DNA of 64,000 bases from Squalus acanthias (lineage: Eukaryota), in assembly GCA_030390025.1 (NCBI GenBank), contig CM059429.1, forward strand, positions 138,508,001-138,572,000, written 5' to 3'. The notes under the pieces were generated by a model, which saw only the letters and a program-made list of their open reading frames with translations, had not been told where the DNA came from and did no database searches. The first letter of the stretch is position 1. Every line of letters begins with the position of its first letter. A program made the position numbers and the translations under genes. Shown here piece by piece: positions 38,889-51,150 of this stretch.

Positions 38889-39170
38889 GTGCTGCTGATA
38901 TCTATATCTCATGGAAGTCTGATGAAACTGGTGCTGAAGTGCTGTCTTGCCACTCTTCAGGGTGGTACCCAGCCCCAACGATTAACTGGAGTGACGCATC
39001 TGGTAACGATTTGAACAAGGATTGTAAAGCAACCCTGACGGCAGACAACAATGGATTATTGAATGTGTCATATGACCTAAAACAACAGCATAACTCGAAG
39101 AATCAGTATATCTGCTCCATGAAGCATAAGTGGATGGCAGAGCCTAAGCGTATTCGAGTAGCATTCTCAG
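38889..39170 (+). CDS. B7/butyrophilin-like Ig gene, IgC exon
   Basis: 282 nt, phase 1-1, TTTGCAAAAG|...G|GTGAGT. VLSCHSSGWYPAPTINWSD..GLLNVSYDL..YICSMKH is the C-x-S-x-GWYP-x-P-x-I-x-W signature of B7/BTN C domains. Confidence 0.92.
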
Positions 39171-40481
39171 GTGAGTTTATTTGTGAGGTTAATGCTCATG
39201 TTAAAGGTAACTTAACAGACCATTGTAAGAGTTGCGAAAAAGAAATATATCTGTTGGGTAGAAGGAGAATCACAGCAAAACAAGATCATAGAGGCTGAGT
39301 AAGGACAAAAATAACCTGAAGGAGAAGCAGAAATATTTAAGACACAGGAAACCTATGCCTTGAAATTATGCTGCGTGATATTAGAGTGAACACGTAACAC
39401 ATTCATTTGAAATTCCTTTGTCTGGTACTTTTAATGGAGGTGTTAACCCAACAAGAGGGATTCATGAAATGTTTATTTGCAGACAGAAATTGAAAACCCA
39501 GATCGATAATTTAAGGGATAAATTGGGTAAAACTGTTACCCCATATTAGGAATTGACTGATACGTTAGAAGAATTCTTTATACAGTATCATTCTTCACAA
39601 ATAGTTGGATTAATGTCTTAAAATAGCAGCTAAAGTAAGGTTTATGCATTATGTTTTAGTATGGGAGTATTGCATTATGTGATTTCACCTACAGTTCTAG
39701 TTTTGTAAGGCTGTTACAGTGTAAGCTGTTAGTGACCAAAAGTGAAGAATCTTTTTCTTGAATGTGACCCTTCTTAATCTGCCAGTTTCTTCAGGGGTTG
39801 AAAGCTTAAATGAGGAACATATACAAAACCCAACATATTTGTTTCAATAAGAAATCAGGGGTCTACTCAAACAGGGAAGAGACTTTCTATCCATGTTAAA
39901 AATTAGCATCTTTGTCTGTACTGTACTTGAAACTATTCTTGAGGAGGAAAGTCAGGGAACGTGAGGACAGCCACTTCAGGACTAAGCACATTTAGAACCT
40001 TGTGAGTAAATCAAAATGTTCTTTTTTAAAAAGTAATTTTACATGAAAATTACAATCTGCTCAGCTGGATGAATTCATTTTGGGATATTTATACTGGTTG
40101 TAGCTCATGAGAAGCTTCAAAAGATTATTGTTAATGGTGCTGAATGATTGGTAGCTATTTTTTGCATTCCTACTAACAAAACCACATTTTGAGGAAGTGC
40201 ACATTTCAGAACTGTGTTCCACTGTTAAAACAGCAGCTAAAGAAAATGGACACTTCTGTTAATTCTTTGAACTGAGGATGAAGTAGCCTGAGGTCACACA
40301 CAAAATGGGCATCACCCACACTCTTGCATTTGCAGTAATTGTAATTATAAGATATCTTGAACAATTATATTAGATATTGCAGGACTCTAATGTGATGGCA
40401 CTGTTTTTACACATCTGCATCTCATAACACAGCGCTAACAGAAGAAATACTGATACGTCTTTATATTTCCTTTATTTTCAG

Positions 40482-40534
40482 ATGGGGGAACCATGATTCG
40501 TTTAGATGATGGAAAAAAATTGTCAGATTTATAA
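40482..40534 (+). CDS. B7/butyrophilin-like Ig gene, predicted terminal exon (DGGTMIRLDDGKKLSDL*)
   Basis: Strong acceptor TTTATATTTCCTTTATTTTCAG, phase-1 compatible, stop TAA at 40532-40534, AATAAA at 40847-40852. Confidence 0.65.
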
Positions 40535-41864
40535 ATCAAAAGCTGTGTTGCCTTTGGAGCGTGTAAATAATTTCTCCGAATAATTCTTCGATGCTCATTA
40601 TGGATTGCAAAGCTTTTCCAGAAGAAAACCTGTGGCTTATAGATCTAGGGATGGGCAATAAATGCTGGTCTTGCCAGCAACACACCCATCCATGGATGCT
40701 GCCTGACCTGCTGAGTATTTCCAGCATTTTCTGTCTTCTCAGAGGTCATCCTTTACCATCCGATCCAAGGCCTTGGAACTGTCCAGCTGCACTCCCTGTA
40801 CACTTTTCAAAAAAAAAAGTTAACATTTATAGCACCAAGCCACTTCAATAAAATAAAAAAATCCAGTCCAAAAGTTTAAATAAGAAGTGCACACTCGTTT
40901 CAGAGCGAGCTTAGGACTCAGCGCTAAGGTCGAAGTTTGCAGAGTGTGATGGTAATCGGCATTGCACGCTGACTGACGTCACACTCTCCCTATTTGCATC
41001 TCCAGAGCCAGCACTGCCATTGGCAGTACTAAGGCCCTCGCCAAAATAGCGGCCACCGAGTCCCGTGCCATTTGTTGTCCGGATTCCAGCACTAACGGGT
41101 GGTGGTAAGTAGCCCAATTTCTGGGTCTTGTAAATCTGAAGTTAATTGCATTGAACATTGCAGACACAAGCCTTTGTCTCAACACTTCAGATGAATAGAA
41201 GATGCCCTGTAACCTGTAAATCATTCTATAGAATGTTCAAAGTTTATATTTGTAATTGCCTGTAGGTGCTTCTGTAATAGGATTTTTCCATTTAGAACAC
41301 TTCGCTCTGTCAAATTTTCCCTGTCACACAACTCCTGTGATCCTGTGTAATTCCCCTAATTAAAAATACTTTGTCTGAATCGGCAAGCAGGCTCTGGCCA
41401 GCAGCTGGTGTTGTGGAGCAGATTAGTCAACCATCATCTGAAAACTTAAGATCTGCCATTTTTTCCAGTAACAGATTTCTTTTGTCTAAAATAAGGATTT
41501 AAAAATGAAAGTATAATTCACCTCTCTTTAGTTGATGCTTCACTATAACATGATTAAATTTATCCATTGAATTGTATTTTAAGGCTTTCAATAAAGTTTT
41601 TTCTTAAAGTCCTCAGGTTCTTTCAAAGGCTTGGGCTTAAGCTTGCTGTTTTTCCCAGAGCAGTGACTCTGTGAGCTGTATTTGGATTGTGCAGTCTGAG
41701 CATGAGCATTGTACCTAATTCCCCAGATACATCAGTACCCTTCAGTCAGTTGTAGTAATGGAATGTTTTTCTTAAGTTTCTAGCAGTAGATTTTCTTAAA
41801 ATAACTTTGAAAAACAAGCACAAATTTCAAAAGCTTTATTGAGGGAAGTTTTTATTGAACAGAG

Positions 41865-42394
41865 TGAAAGGGTTAATTTGAACTCATGTTAAATTAAACC
41901 TCTCTTAGCTGTAAAGGGAATGGAAGTTATGTACGAAATAGAATAAGAAGCAACCAGGTGGATGATAAGGATTGGATGCCTAGCTTCATTCAAGGACAGA
42001 ATACAATGGGCAACTGTAGAGAAATATAATGGACAAGTGTGAGAATGAGATGAGACCCAGCACAACATAGAATGTGATTCCCAACAAACATTGCTTGCAG
42101 CATATATATGTAATTGGATAATTGTTTTTAGTTTGTAGCTGACAAAGATAAGAAATATAACGAATTAACCGGCTTAGTTTGAATTGACATAATTGTAATC
42201 ATGTGATATTTTGTAACAATGTGATTGGATAATTCTTAAATAAAAGGTTGTAATTAACAACGGGAGGTGAGAAGCCATGGTCACTAGGCCGGGTAAGGTC
42301 TATGACGCTACTCCCAGAGATCTCTGAATATTAAATAAACTGTTTGCTTTTACCTATCAACACAGACTGGAGTGAAATCAATTTCTCCTTAACA
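41865..42394 (+). mobile_element. Solo LTR (530 bp)
   Basis: TG...CA ends, 5-bp TSD CAGAG (41860-41864, 42395-42399), TATA-like TAAATAAAA at ~42237 and AATAAA at ~42334. Confidence 0.7.
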
Positions 42395-43369
42395 CAGAGG
42401 CTGTGCGTGCGTGCACTTGTTTGTGTGTGCAAGAGAGTGAGAAAACATAATCGCTTACTGTTTATAGACACCTTTCTATAAACTTCAGAAAGTATATTAA
42501 CCTAAGCAAAAAAAAGACTGAGGTCAAAGTGGCAAAGAAGGTTGTGAAAAAATTTGTCTTCATGCTTACAGTTCAATTTTCAAAGAAAAAAGCTGAATTT
42601 TGAAGCCAAATAACGATCTCACCTCTGTTTTATTGATAGTTGTTAATTGCATACAGCTGCGAGAGAAATTCTAATTGCTAATAACTGAGAGACATGGGAA
42701 CAAAATTGAACTTCAGTGGGGCACAAAATGGGTGATAGCGGTTCAGCCGTCCATTATACACCCCGCCCAATTTTCCTTTCCACAGAGAGGGTAGAATTTC
42801 CACGTGCGTTCTCATTTCCTGCCATAACTTTGGCAGAAAAATCAGTGGAAACCCAGGGGAAATGGAGGAGATGACCATTTGTGCCATTTCTCCAAGGTTG
42901 CTGTCCATCTTCCACTGAAGTTACAGTGGGGGATCAAGAGAACCCTCGTGAAAATTTTACTCCACAGTGTTGTTCCTCATTCTAATTTGATTTTTTTTAA
43001 AGCAAAACAAATTTAATTTTGAAAGTAAACTGGCATTTTGAGGTAAACAGAGAAGAGAGAGGGTAGGAAGGGAAGGAGAGGAAACCTCTGATCTCTCACC
43101 ACCTGCCTTTGGAGGGCAACTGGGAGTGGAGAGGCTGAAAAATACTGGTACAAATGGGATCTACATACGCAGGCCAGCGGGCAACTACATCTTCATTGAG
43201 TGTACTGACCTATCGCTGTTCATCCTCATCTGAGAGTTCCCTCCCCTTGCCACGTCCCATCTGGTGGCAGTGTCTTTGCTTGGGGTGGGCTGAGCCTCCA
43301 CCCCAAGCAAGGCTGCAAGGCAACTGGCAGGGAAGGTCAGAATACAGCATATCCAGATCCCAACATCAG

Positions 43370-43900
43370 AGGGCTTTAAACTTTTATCTTGTGTCAGGCT
43401 TCCCCAGAATGCAAGGGGCTATCGATCATATCCATGTAGCAATAAGGGTTGCACCTCAAAACCCCCTGCACTTCTTAAATCGCAAGGAATTCCAGTCCCT
43501 CAATATATATGTGGTATGAAACCAGCAATGTAAGATCTTGCACATCAATGCAGGAAGCTGCCATGACACCTATACATTGAGGAACTCTAGCATCCTGCCA
43601 CTGTACCAGAGAGAAGAAGGGTCTGGCTGGCTCCTTAGAAACAAGGATTACCCTTGCTACCCTGGCTAATGAACCTGACTGTATCCCCTCCACTACTGCA
43701 TAACATTTCCCTGCTGAAGGTTCTTTCAATGGACACCCCAAAAGAGAAAAGGGAGCCAGCAGCGAGAGCTCAGCAGCCACTTGACCAACAGCAAAGGAAG
43801 AAGAAAAGCAGGCCCTGGGACATAGAGACAATCTCAACAACACCTGATCAACACCGGTTTCTCCAAACAATGAATAAAGAGGTGGGCTTATCTTATAACC
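43370..43900 (+). mobile_element. Old Harbinger transposase remnant
   Basis: SGFPRMQGAIDHIHVAIR..FLNRKEFQSLNI peptide. Confidence 0.7.
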
Positions 43901-44109
43901 CTTACACTACTGCCAATAACTTTGTCCTTAATGTCAACCCATGAGTTTGTCCTTTTCCTGACCACTATTTTCCAACCAATGTAGCTCAGTTTTCCTTGCC
44001 TGTCCCCTCTATTGAAAATCTTCAAGTACATTTTAACATAGACTCAGTTTAAGAACAGTCATGATTCTATACACTGGACTTGATACCACAAAGCATTTTT
44101 ACTGCACAC

Positions 44110-47040
44110 TTTTTATTTGTTTATGGGATGTGGGCGTCACTGGAAAGGCCAGCATTTATTGCCCATCCCTAATTGCCCTTGAGAAGATGGTGGTGAACTG
44201 CCTTCTTGAACCGCTGCAGTCCGTGTGGTGAAGGTACTCCCACAGTGCAGTTAGGTAGGGAGTTCCAGGATTTTGACCCAGCGATGATAAAGGATCGGCG
44301 ATATATTTCCAAGTCAGGATGGTGTGTGGCTTGGAGGAGGTGTTGTTCCCATGCGCCTGCTGCCCTTGTTCCTTCTAGGTGGAAGAGGTCGCGGGTTTGG
44401 GAGGTGCTGCTGAAGAAGCCTTGGTGAGTTGCTGCAATGCATCTTGTAGATGGTACACACTGCAGCCACAGTACGCCGGTGGTGGAGGGGGTTCCAATCA
44501 AGCGGGCTGCTTTGTCCTGGATGGTGTTGAGCTTCTTGAGTGTTGTTGGAGCTGCACTCAACCACGCAAGTGGAGAGTATTCCATCACACTCCTTACTTG
44601 TGCCTTGTAGATGGTGGAAAGGCTTTGGGGAGTCAGGAGGTGAGACACTCGCCGCAGAATACCTAGCCTCTGACCTGCTCTTGCTGCCACAATATTTATG
44701 TGGCTGGTCCAGTTAAGTTTCTGGTCAATGGTGACCCCCCCAGGATGTTAATGATGGGGGATTCGGCGATGGTATTGCCGTTGAATGTCAAGGGGAGGTT
44801 GTTCGACACTCGCTTGTTGGAGATAGTCATTGCCCAGCACTTCTGTGGCGCAAATGTAACCTGCCACTTACCAGCCCAAGCCTGAACGTCGTCCAGGTCT
44901 TGTTGCATGTGGGCATAGACTGCTTCATTATCTGAGGAGTTGTGAATGGCGCTGAACACTGCAGTCATCAGCGAACTGCTATTTCTGATCTTCTGTTGGA
45001 AGGAAGGTCATTGATGAAGCAACTGAAGATGGTTGGGCCTAGACACTGCCCTGATGAACTCCTGCAGCGATGTCCTGGGGCTGTGATGATTGACCTTCAC
45101 CCACCACAACCATCTTCCTTTGTGCTATGTATGACTCCAGCCAGTGGAAAGTATTCCCCCTGATTCCCATTGACTTCAGTTTTACTAGGACTCCTTGATG
45201 CCATACCCGGTCAAATGCTGCCTTGATGTCAAGGGCAGTCTCTCTCACCTCACCTCTGGAATTCAGCTCCTCTGTCTATGTTTGGGACCAAGGCTGTAAT
45301 GAGGTCGGGAGCTAAGTGGTCTTGGCGGAACCCAAACTGGGCATCAGTGAGCAGGTTATTGGTGAGTAAGTGCCACTTGATAGCACTGTTGATGACACCT
45401 TCCATCACTTTGCTGATGATTGAGAGTAGACTGATGGGTCAGTAATTGGCCGGATTGGATTTGTCCTGGTTTTTGTGGACAGGACATACCTGGGCAGTTT
45501 TCCACATTGTTGGATAGATGTCAGTGTTGTAGCTGTACTGGAACAGCTTGGCTAGAGGTGCAGCTAGTTCTGGAGCACAAGTCTTCAGCACGATAGCCGG
45601 GATGTTGTCGGGGCCCATAGCCTTTGCTGTATCCAATGCGCTCAGCCGTTTCTTGATATCACGAGGAGTGAATCGAATTGGCTGAAGACTGGCTTCTGTG
45701 ATGGTGGGGACCTCAGGAGTAGGCCGATATGGATCATCCACTCGGCACTTCTGGCTGAAGATGGTTGCAAACGCTTCAGCCTTGTCTTTTGCACTCACGT
45801 GCTGAGCTCCACCATCATTGAGGATGGGGATATTCATGGAGCTTCCTCCGCCCGTTAGTTGTTTAATGGTCCACCACCATTCACGACTGGATGTGGCAGG
45901 ACTGCAGAGCTTTGATCTGATCCGTTGATTGTGGGATCGCTTAGCCATGTCTATAGCATGCTGCTTCTGCTTTTTAGCATGCAAGTAGCCCTGTGTTGCA
46001 GCTTCCCCAGGTTGGAACTTCATTTTTAGGTACGCCTGGTGCTGCTCCTGGCATGCTCTTCTACACTCCTTATTGAACCAGGGTTGGTCCCCTGGATTGA
46101 TGGTAATGTTAGAGTGAGGGATATGCCGGGCCATGAGGTTACAGATTGTGGTGGAATACAATTCTGCTGCTGCTGATGGCCCACAGCGCCTCATGGTTGC
46201 CCAGTTTTGAGCTGCTAGATCTGTTCTGAATCTATCCCATTTAGCACGGTGGTAGTTCCACACAACACGATGGAGAGTGTCCTCAGTGTGAAGACGGGAC
46301 TTCGTCTCCAAAATGACTCTGCAGTGGTCACTGCTACCAATACTGTCATGGACAGTTGCATCTGCGACAGGTAGATTGGTGAGGACGAGGTCAAGTAGGT
46401 TTTTCCCTTGTGTTGGTTCTCTCACCACCTGTTGCAGGCCCAGACTGGCAGCTATGTCCTTCAGGACTCGGCCAGCTCGGTCAGTTGTGGTGTTACCGAG
46501 CCACTCTTGGTGATGGATATCGAAGTTCCCCACCCGGAGTACATTCTGTGCCCTTGCTACCCTCAGTGCTTCTTCCAAGTGGTGTTCAACATGGAGGAGT
46601 ACTGATTCATCAGCTGAGGGAGGTAGGTGGTAATCAGCAGGAGGTTTCCTTGTCCATGCTTGACCTGAAGCCATGAGACTTCGTGGGGTCCGGAGTCAAT
46701 GTTGAGGACTCCCAGGGCCACTCCTTCCCGACCGTATACCACTGTTACGCCACCCCTGGTGGGTCTGTCCTGCCGGTGGGACAGGACATACCCGGGGATG
46801 GTGATGGAGGAGTTTGGGACATTGGCTGAAAGGTATGATTCTGTGAGTATGACTATGTCAGGCTGTTGCTTGACTAGTCTGTGGGACAGCTCTCCCAATT
46901 TTGGCACAAGTCCCCAGATGTTGGTGAGGAGGACTTTGCAGGGTCGACTGGGCTGGATGTGCCGTTGCTGTGTCCGTAGCCGGTGCTGAGTTCGATGCCG
47001 GGTGGTCCATTCGGTTTCATTGTGTAAGTAACTGTATCCA
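44110..47040 (-). mobile_element. CR1/L2-group LINE, nearly complete ORF2 (APE plus RT), frameshifted
   Basis: NIWGL..QPDIVILTESYL, LLDLVLTN, SSDH, KAMGPDNIP, ALDIKAAFDRVWH and YKAQVRSVMEY peptides; 3' tail GGGATGGGCAATAAATGCTGGCC. Confidence 0.88.
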
Positions 47041-47429
47041 TTTTTCACTGTGCATACTCCTGGTGCCTCCTTGTGCTCTTCTTAAACCTATCTTGGTGCT
47101 TCGTCTAGGTGCAACCCGAGGACCAGTGATGCCAGAGATGCTTGGCTGCACTATGTCAATGTGAACTTCTTGACACCAAGGTGTTGCTTGTCTCAGGGCT
47201 TCTGATTCCTGAGAGGACACCAGTAGGCTGCATCAGCTCTGCAGGTTCTTGGGCAGCTTGCTCCTACCTCCTGCCACCTTAATGGCATCTGAGGGGGAGT
47301 TGACTGAAAAGTTCACAAGAACTATCATCAGGAGAGAGGACAGCATCATGAGAAGGGCGCTTGACACATCATTTGTACTGGATGCTGGATCTAGAAGCCC
47401 ACAGGTCATTTGGAGGGCAGACCCAATGG

Positions 47430-49213
47430 CATTTAAATCCTGCAGACCCATAGGCGGGTCCGTGGCGGGTGACATCAGGGCCAGGTCCTGACCCCACTGC
47501 TGGCTCCAGCCCGCTCTGTAGAATGATTTCATATTGATTGGGCTTGTTAAGCCCGCCGAGCGCATTTCCCGGCCAATTGAAGGAAGCTGGTCTGATGACG
47601 TCATTTGATGACGCATTGTCAGCCGATTTCCTTAAAGGGACCATGCGCAGATTGATTTTTGACAGTTCTGCTGTCGGTATTCTATAGCATTGAGGTGCTG
47701 CAAACACTGACAAGCACTGTGCAATGGTGCACGGCTGCACCCAGGCTCTCCCATGACTCCCTCCATATGCTAATGGAGGGAGTCACAGCACACAGGGAGG
47801 ATCTCTTCCCTTCCAATGGGCAGAAGAGACCTCTCCAGGAGACCAAAGCAACCTGGTTACACATCGCAAAGGAGGGCACAAGCAGGGATGTCATCAGGAG
47901 GACCAGGCTGCAGTGGTGCAAACCTTTCAATGATCTCAGTAGATCACAAAACATTACTGCAAAGCCACACTCAACCTCATCCTGCTGTGCCACTCATCAC
48001 ATCCCTATCACTCTGCCTTCCCTACCCTACTACTGCACATCCTTACTCACACCAGCTTACCTTGCAAGTCCACCCATCCTTCTCTATCTACATTATCACT
48101 TCCCCATCTCACTAGCCACCCCTCACACTCACCCTCATCCTAGTCCAATCATACCAACGAATAACACAGAAGGGTAGGCACTTGTGTGTTTTAGCCAATG
48201 TTCATGTAAAGTTTCTGTTAATGTGTTGTCAAACATTGAAACTTTTATTTTCAACAGTTTGCGTTCTTGGACAGATTTGTGTGCACCTTTGGAAGTGGCT
48301 TAATGAGTTGCAGTGAATGGTGAGAAATAACCGTACCCCCGCAATGGTGATGATTGTGAAAGGAATTGCTTGGACATTGTAGGGATGCGTTATGGTGATG
48401 GTGTGGGGTGGTGTTAACCTGGCGCATCATGTGGCAGCCAGGGTGTACAGCATCAAGTGAAGTAAATCTGGCCATGGTGAGGCCATCCCTGGCGTCCTGG
48501 CAGCAATGTGGTCGGGTGCTGATGCCCTCTGTCCTGCGCAGCATCAGTTGATTTTGGAGAAGGTTGGTGTTGCTGTTGGTGCTGCTGGTGTGCCTAGTGT
48601 TGCTGGTGTTAGGGCTGATCGTGGTGGGATTCTGAGGACCAAGGTGAGATAGTTTCAAGTGCACCAATGCTGATATAATAGATGGCAGGTGAACTTGAGA
48701 TGACAGAAGCGATCTGGCAATGGTGAGAGAGGTTGTTCAAATGAGGTGACACTAGATAGAGAGTTTGCTCCAAACACTTGCAACCTGCATAAAGCTCAAT
48801 CTGTCTTCCAAATGCAGTAAGCAACAGCTTCTGAGCTTGGAAAGTGAACAGCTGTGAGATGGGAGCTTTTATAGCACATTTGCAGCTGTCAAGTAATGAG
48901 ATGATTCCATGGCCATTCAACTCCAGCCCTGCTTACCTGACGTGATCCCCGAGCAGTGTGGACCCGGTGGGCGACTTCGTAAAGTGATACGGTGAGCTCA
49001 AAATGCTTTTTAATGGTCTATTAACAGGGTCATAATGACCTGAATTGCCTCCCCCGCCACTGCATGTCGGGTCTGTTCAGCCCTGACAAACCTAACATCT
49101 GGGAAAGTCGCGTGGCGGCGAGTTGACAGCGGGTTCCTGACCTGCTGTCAAAAAAATTTTTTCCCACCCGACTTGCCAGCGAACACACCCGTTGACCCCC
49201 CAAAAAATTCCCC
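47430..49213 (-). mobile_element. Internally deleted relative of the 34865-38570 Harbinger, opposite orientation
   Basis: Myb exon homolog at ~47730-47945 (+). The transposase 5' end is joined to its 3' end at ~48520. Left boundary approximate. Confidence 0.75.
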
Positions 49214-49485
49214 CTTAACAGATTACACCCTCATAAGGCCTGAAGGCCACATTGGCAGCATAAACTAGCCTGGAGACCTCTTTATTAGAGAAGATGGATA
49301 GAGATATTTCTGGTACTGCCAGTCACTCCAGATAGTGCTGTATCATGTCAAATCCTTCTTGGATATTGGCAGAAAGGATGGCATTGGACTCCACTGTGAG
49401 CTTTGCAATCTTTCTCAGGTCCTCTGAGATGGTCCTCAGTGCTTCTCGGCCCAACATTCTTTTGTTTTATAGCAGAACCCCTGAG

Positions 49486-51150
49486 ATACATACATAGATA
49501 CATACATAGAAGATAGGAGCAGGAGTAGGCCATCCGGCCCTTCGAGCCTGCTCCGCCATTTAATGAGATCATGGCTGATCCTCCAATTCAGTATCCCGTC
49601 CCCGCCTTCTCTCCGTAACCCTTAACCCCTTTTGCCTGTAGAAATATATCTAATTCCCTCTTAAATATATTTAATGAGCTGGCGTACACTGCCCTCTGTG
49701 GCAATGAGTTCCACAGGTTCACCACCCTCTGAGTGAAGAAATTCCCCCTCATTTCTGTCCTAAATGGTTTAGCCCTTATCCTTAAATTATGTCCTCTAGT
49801 TCTGTTCTCACCCGCCAAGGGAAACATTCCTTCTGCATCTAGTCTGTCTAGACCTGTCAGAATTTTATACACTTCTATGAGGTCCCCTCTCAATCTTCTA
49901 AACTCCAGTGTGTACATCCCTAAACTACATAGTCTCTCCTCATAGGTCAATCCCGCCATTCCTGGTATCAGCCTGGTGAATCGCCGCTGCACCCCCTCCA
50001 TGGCAAGAACATCTTTCCTCAGATGAGGCGACCAAAACTGTACACAGTACTCGAGCTGTGGTCTCACCAGTGCCCTGTACAGCTGCAGCAAGGTATCCCT
50101 GTTCCTGTATTCCAACCCTTTTGCTATGAAGGCCAGCATACCGTTTGCCTTCTTGATCGCCTGTTGCACCTGCATGCTCGCCTTCAGTGACTGGTGTACA
50201 AGAACACCCAGGTCTCTCTGTACTTCCCCCTCTCCCAATTTATTGCCATTTAAATAATAATTTGCCCTCCCGTTCCTGCACCCAAGGTGGATAACTTCGC
50301 ACTTGTCCACATTATAGTGCATCTGCCATTTATCCGCCCAATCACCCAGTCTGTCCAAATCGCTCTGGAGCTTCCTGGTCTCCTCCTCTGAGCCCACCCC
50401 TCCTCCTAGTTTAGTGTCGTCTGCAAATTTGGAAATGCTGCATCCGACTCCCTGATCCAGGTCATTAATGTAAATTGTGAACAGCTGGGGACCCAGGACA
50501 GATCCCTGTGGTACCCCACTTGTTACTGCCAGCCATTCAGAAAATGAGCCGTTTATTCCAACTCTCTGTTTTCTATCTGACAGCCAGTTCTCTATCCACG
50601 TCAATACTTTCCCCTTTATCCCATGAGCTTCAATTTTCCCTGCTAATCTTTTATGTGGGACCTTATCGAAGGCCTTTTGGAAGTCCAGGTACACCACATC
50701 TACTGGCTCTCCCCCATCTATTTTACCAGTTACTCCCTCAAAAAATTCCAATAGATTAGTCAAGCACGATTTACCCTTTGTAAATCCATGTTGACTCTGT
50801 CCTATCCTGTCCCCATTTGCTAAGTGCTCCGCTATTTCATCCTTAATGATGGACTCCAGCATTTTGCCCACAACTGATGTAAGGCTTACAGGTCTGTAAT
50901 TACCTGCTTTTTCCCTACCCCCCTTTTTGAATAGTGGGGTAACGTTAGCTACCCTCCAATCCATGGGCACTGTTCCCGAGTCTAATGAATTCTGAAAAAT
51001 CATACTTAGTGCATCCGCTATCTCTAGGGCCACCTCCTTCAGCACCCTAGGATGCATGTTATCAGGCCCTGGGGATTTGTCCGCCTTCAATCCCTTTAGC
51101 TTCCTTAACACCATATCCTTAGAGATATTGACTTGCGTCACCTTAGAGAT
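49486..51150 (-). mobile_element. Young 5'-truncated CR1 LINE with uninterrupted RT ORF
   Basis: About 515 codons without a stop (YLDFQKAFDKVPH, GVPQGSVLGP, KFADDTKL), (ATGT)n tail, CTGAG at both flanks. Confidence 0.93.

Noticed and set aside
31955-39170. Assigning a specific symbol (CD276, VTCN1, HHLA2, CD274, BTN, TAPBP)
   Set aside because: Family motifs are clear but orthology cannot be determined by eye; there is no tapasin N-terminal domain or B30.2 exon in the window.
32056-39298. ORF-track proteins 32056-32343 and 38855-39298 as standalone genes
   Set aside because: They are the IgV and IgC exons read past their splice sites.
40523-40531. C-terminal SDL as a peroxisomal PTS1
   Set aside because: The acidic middle residue does not fit the SKL consensus, and the protein has a signal peptide.
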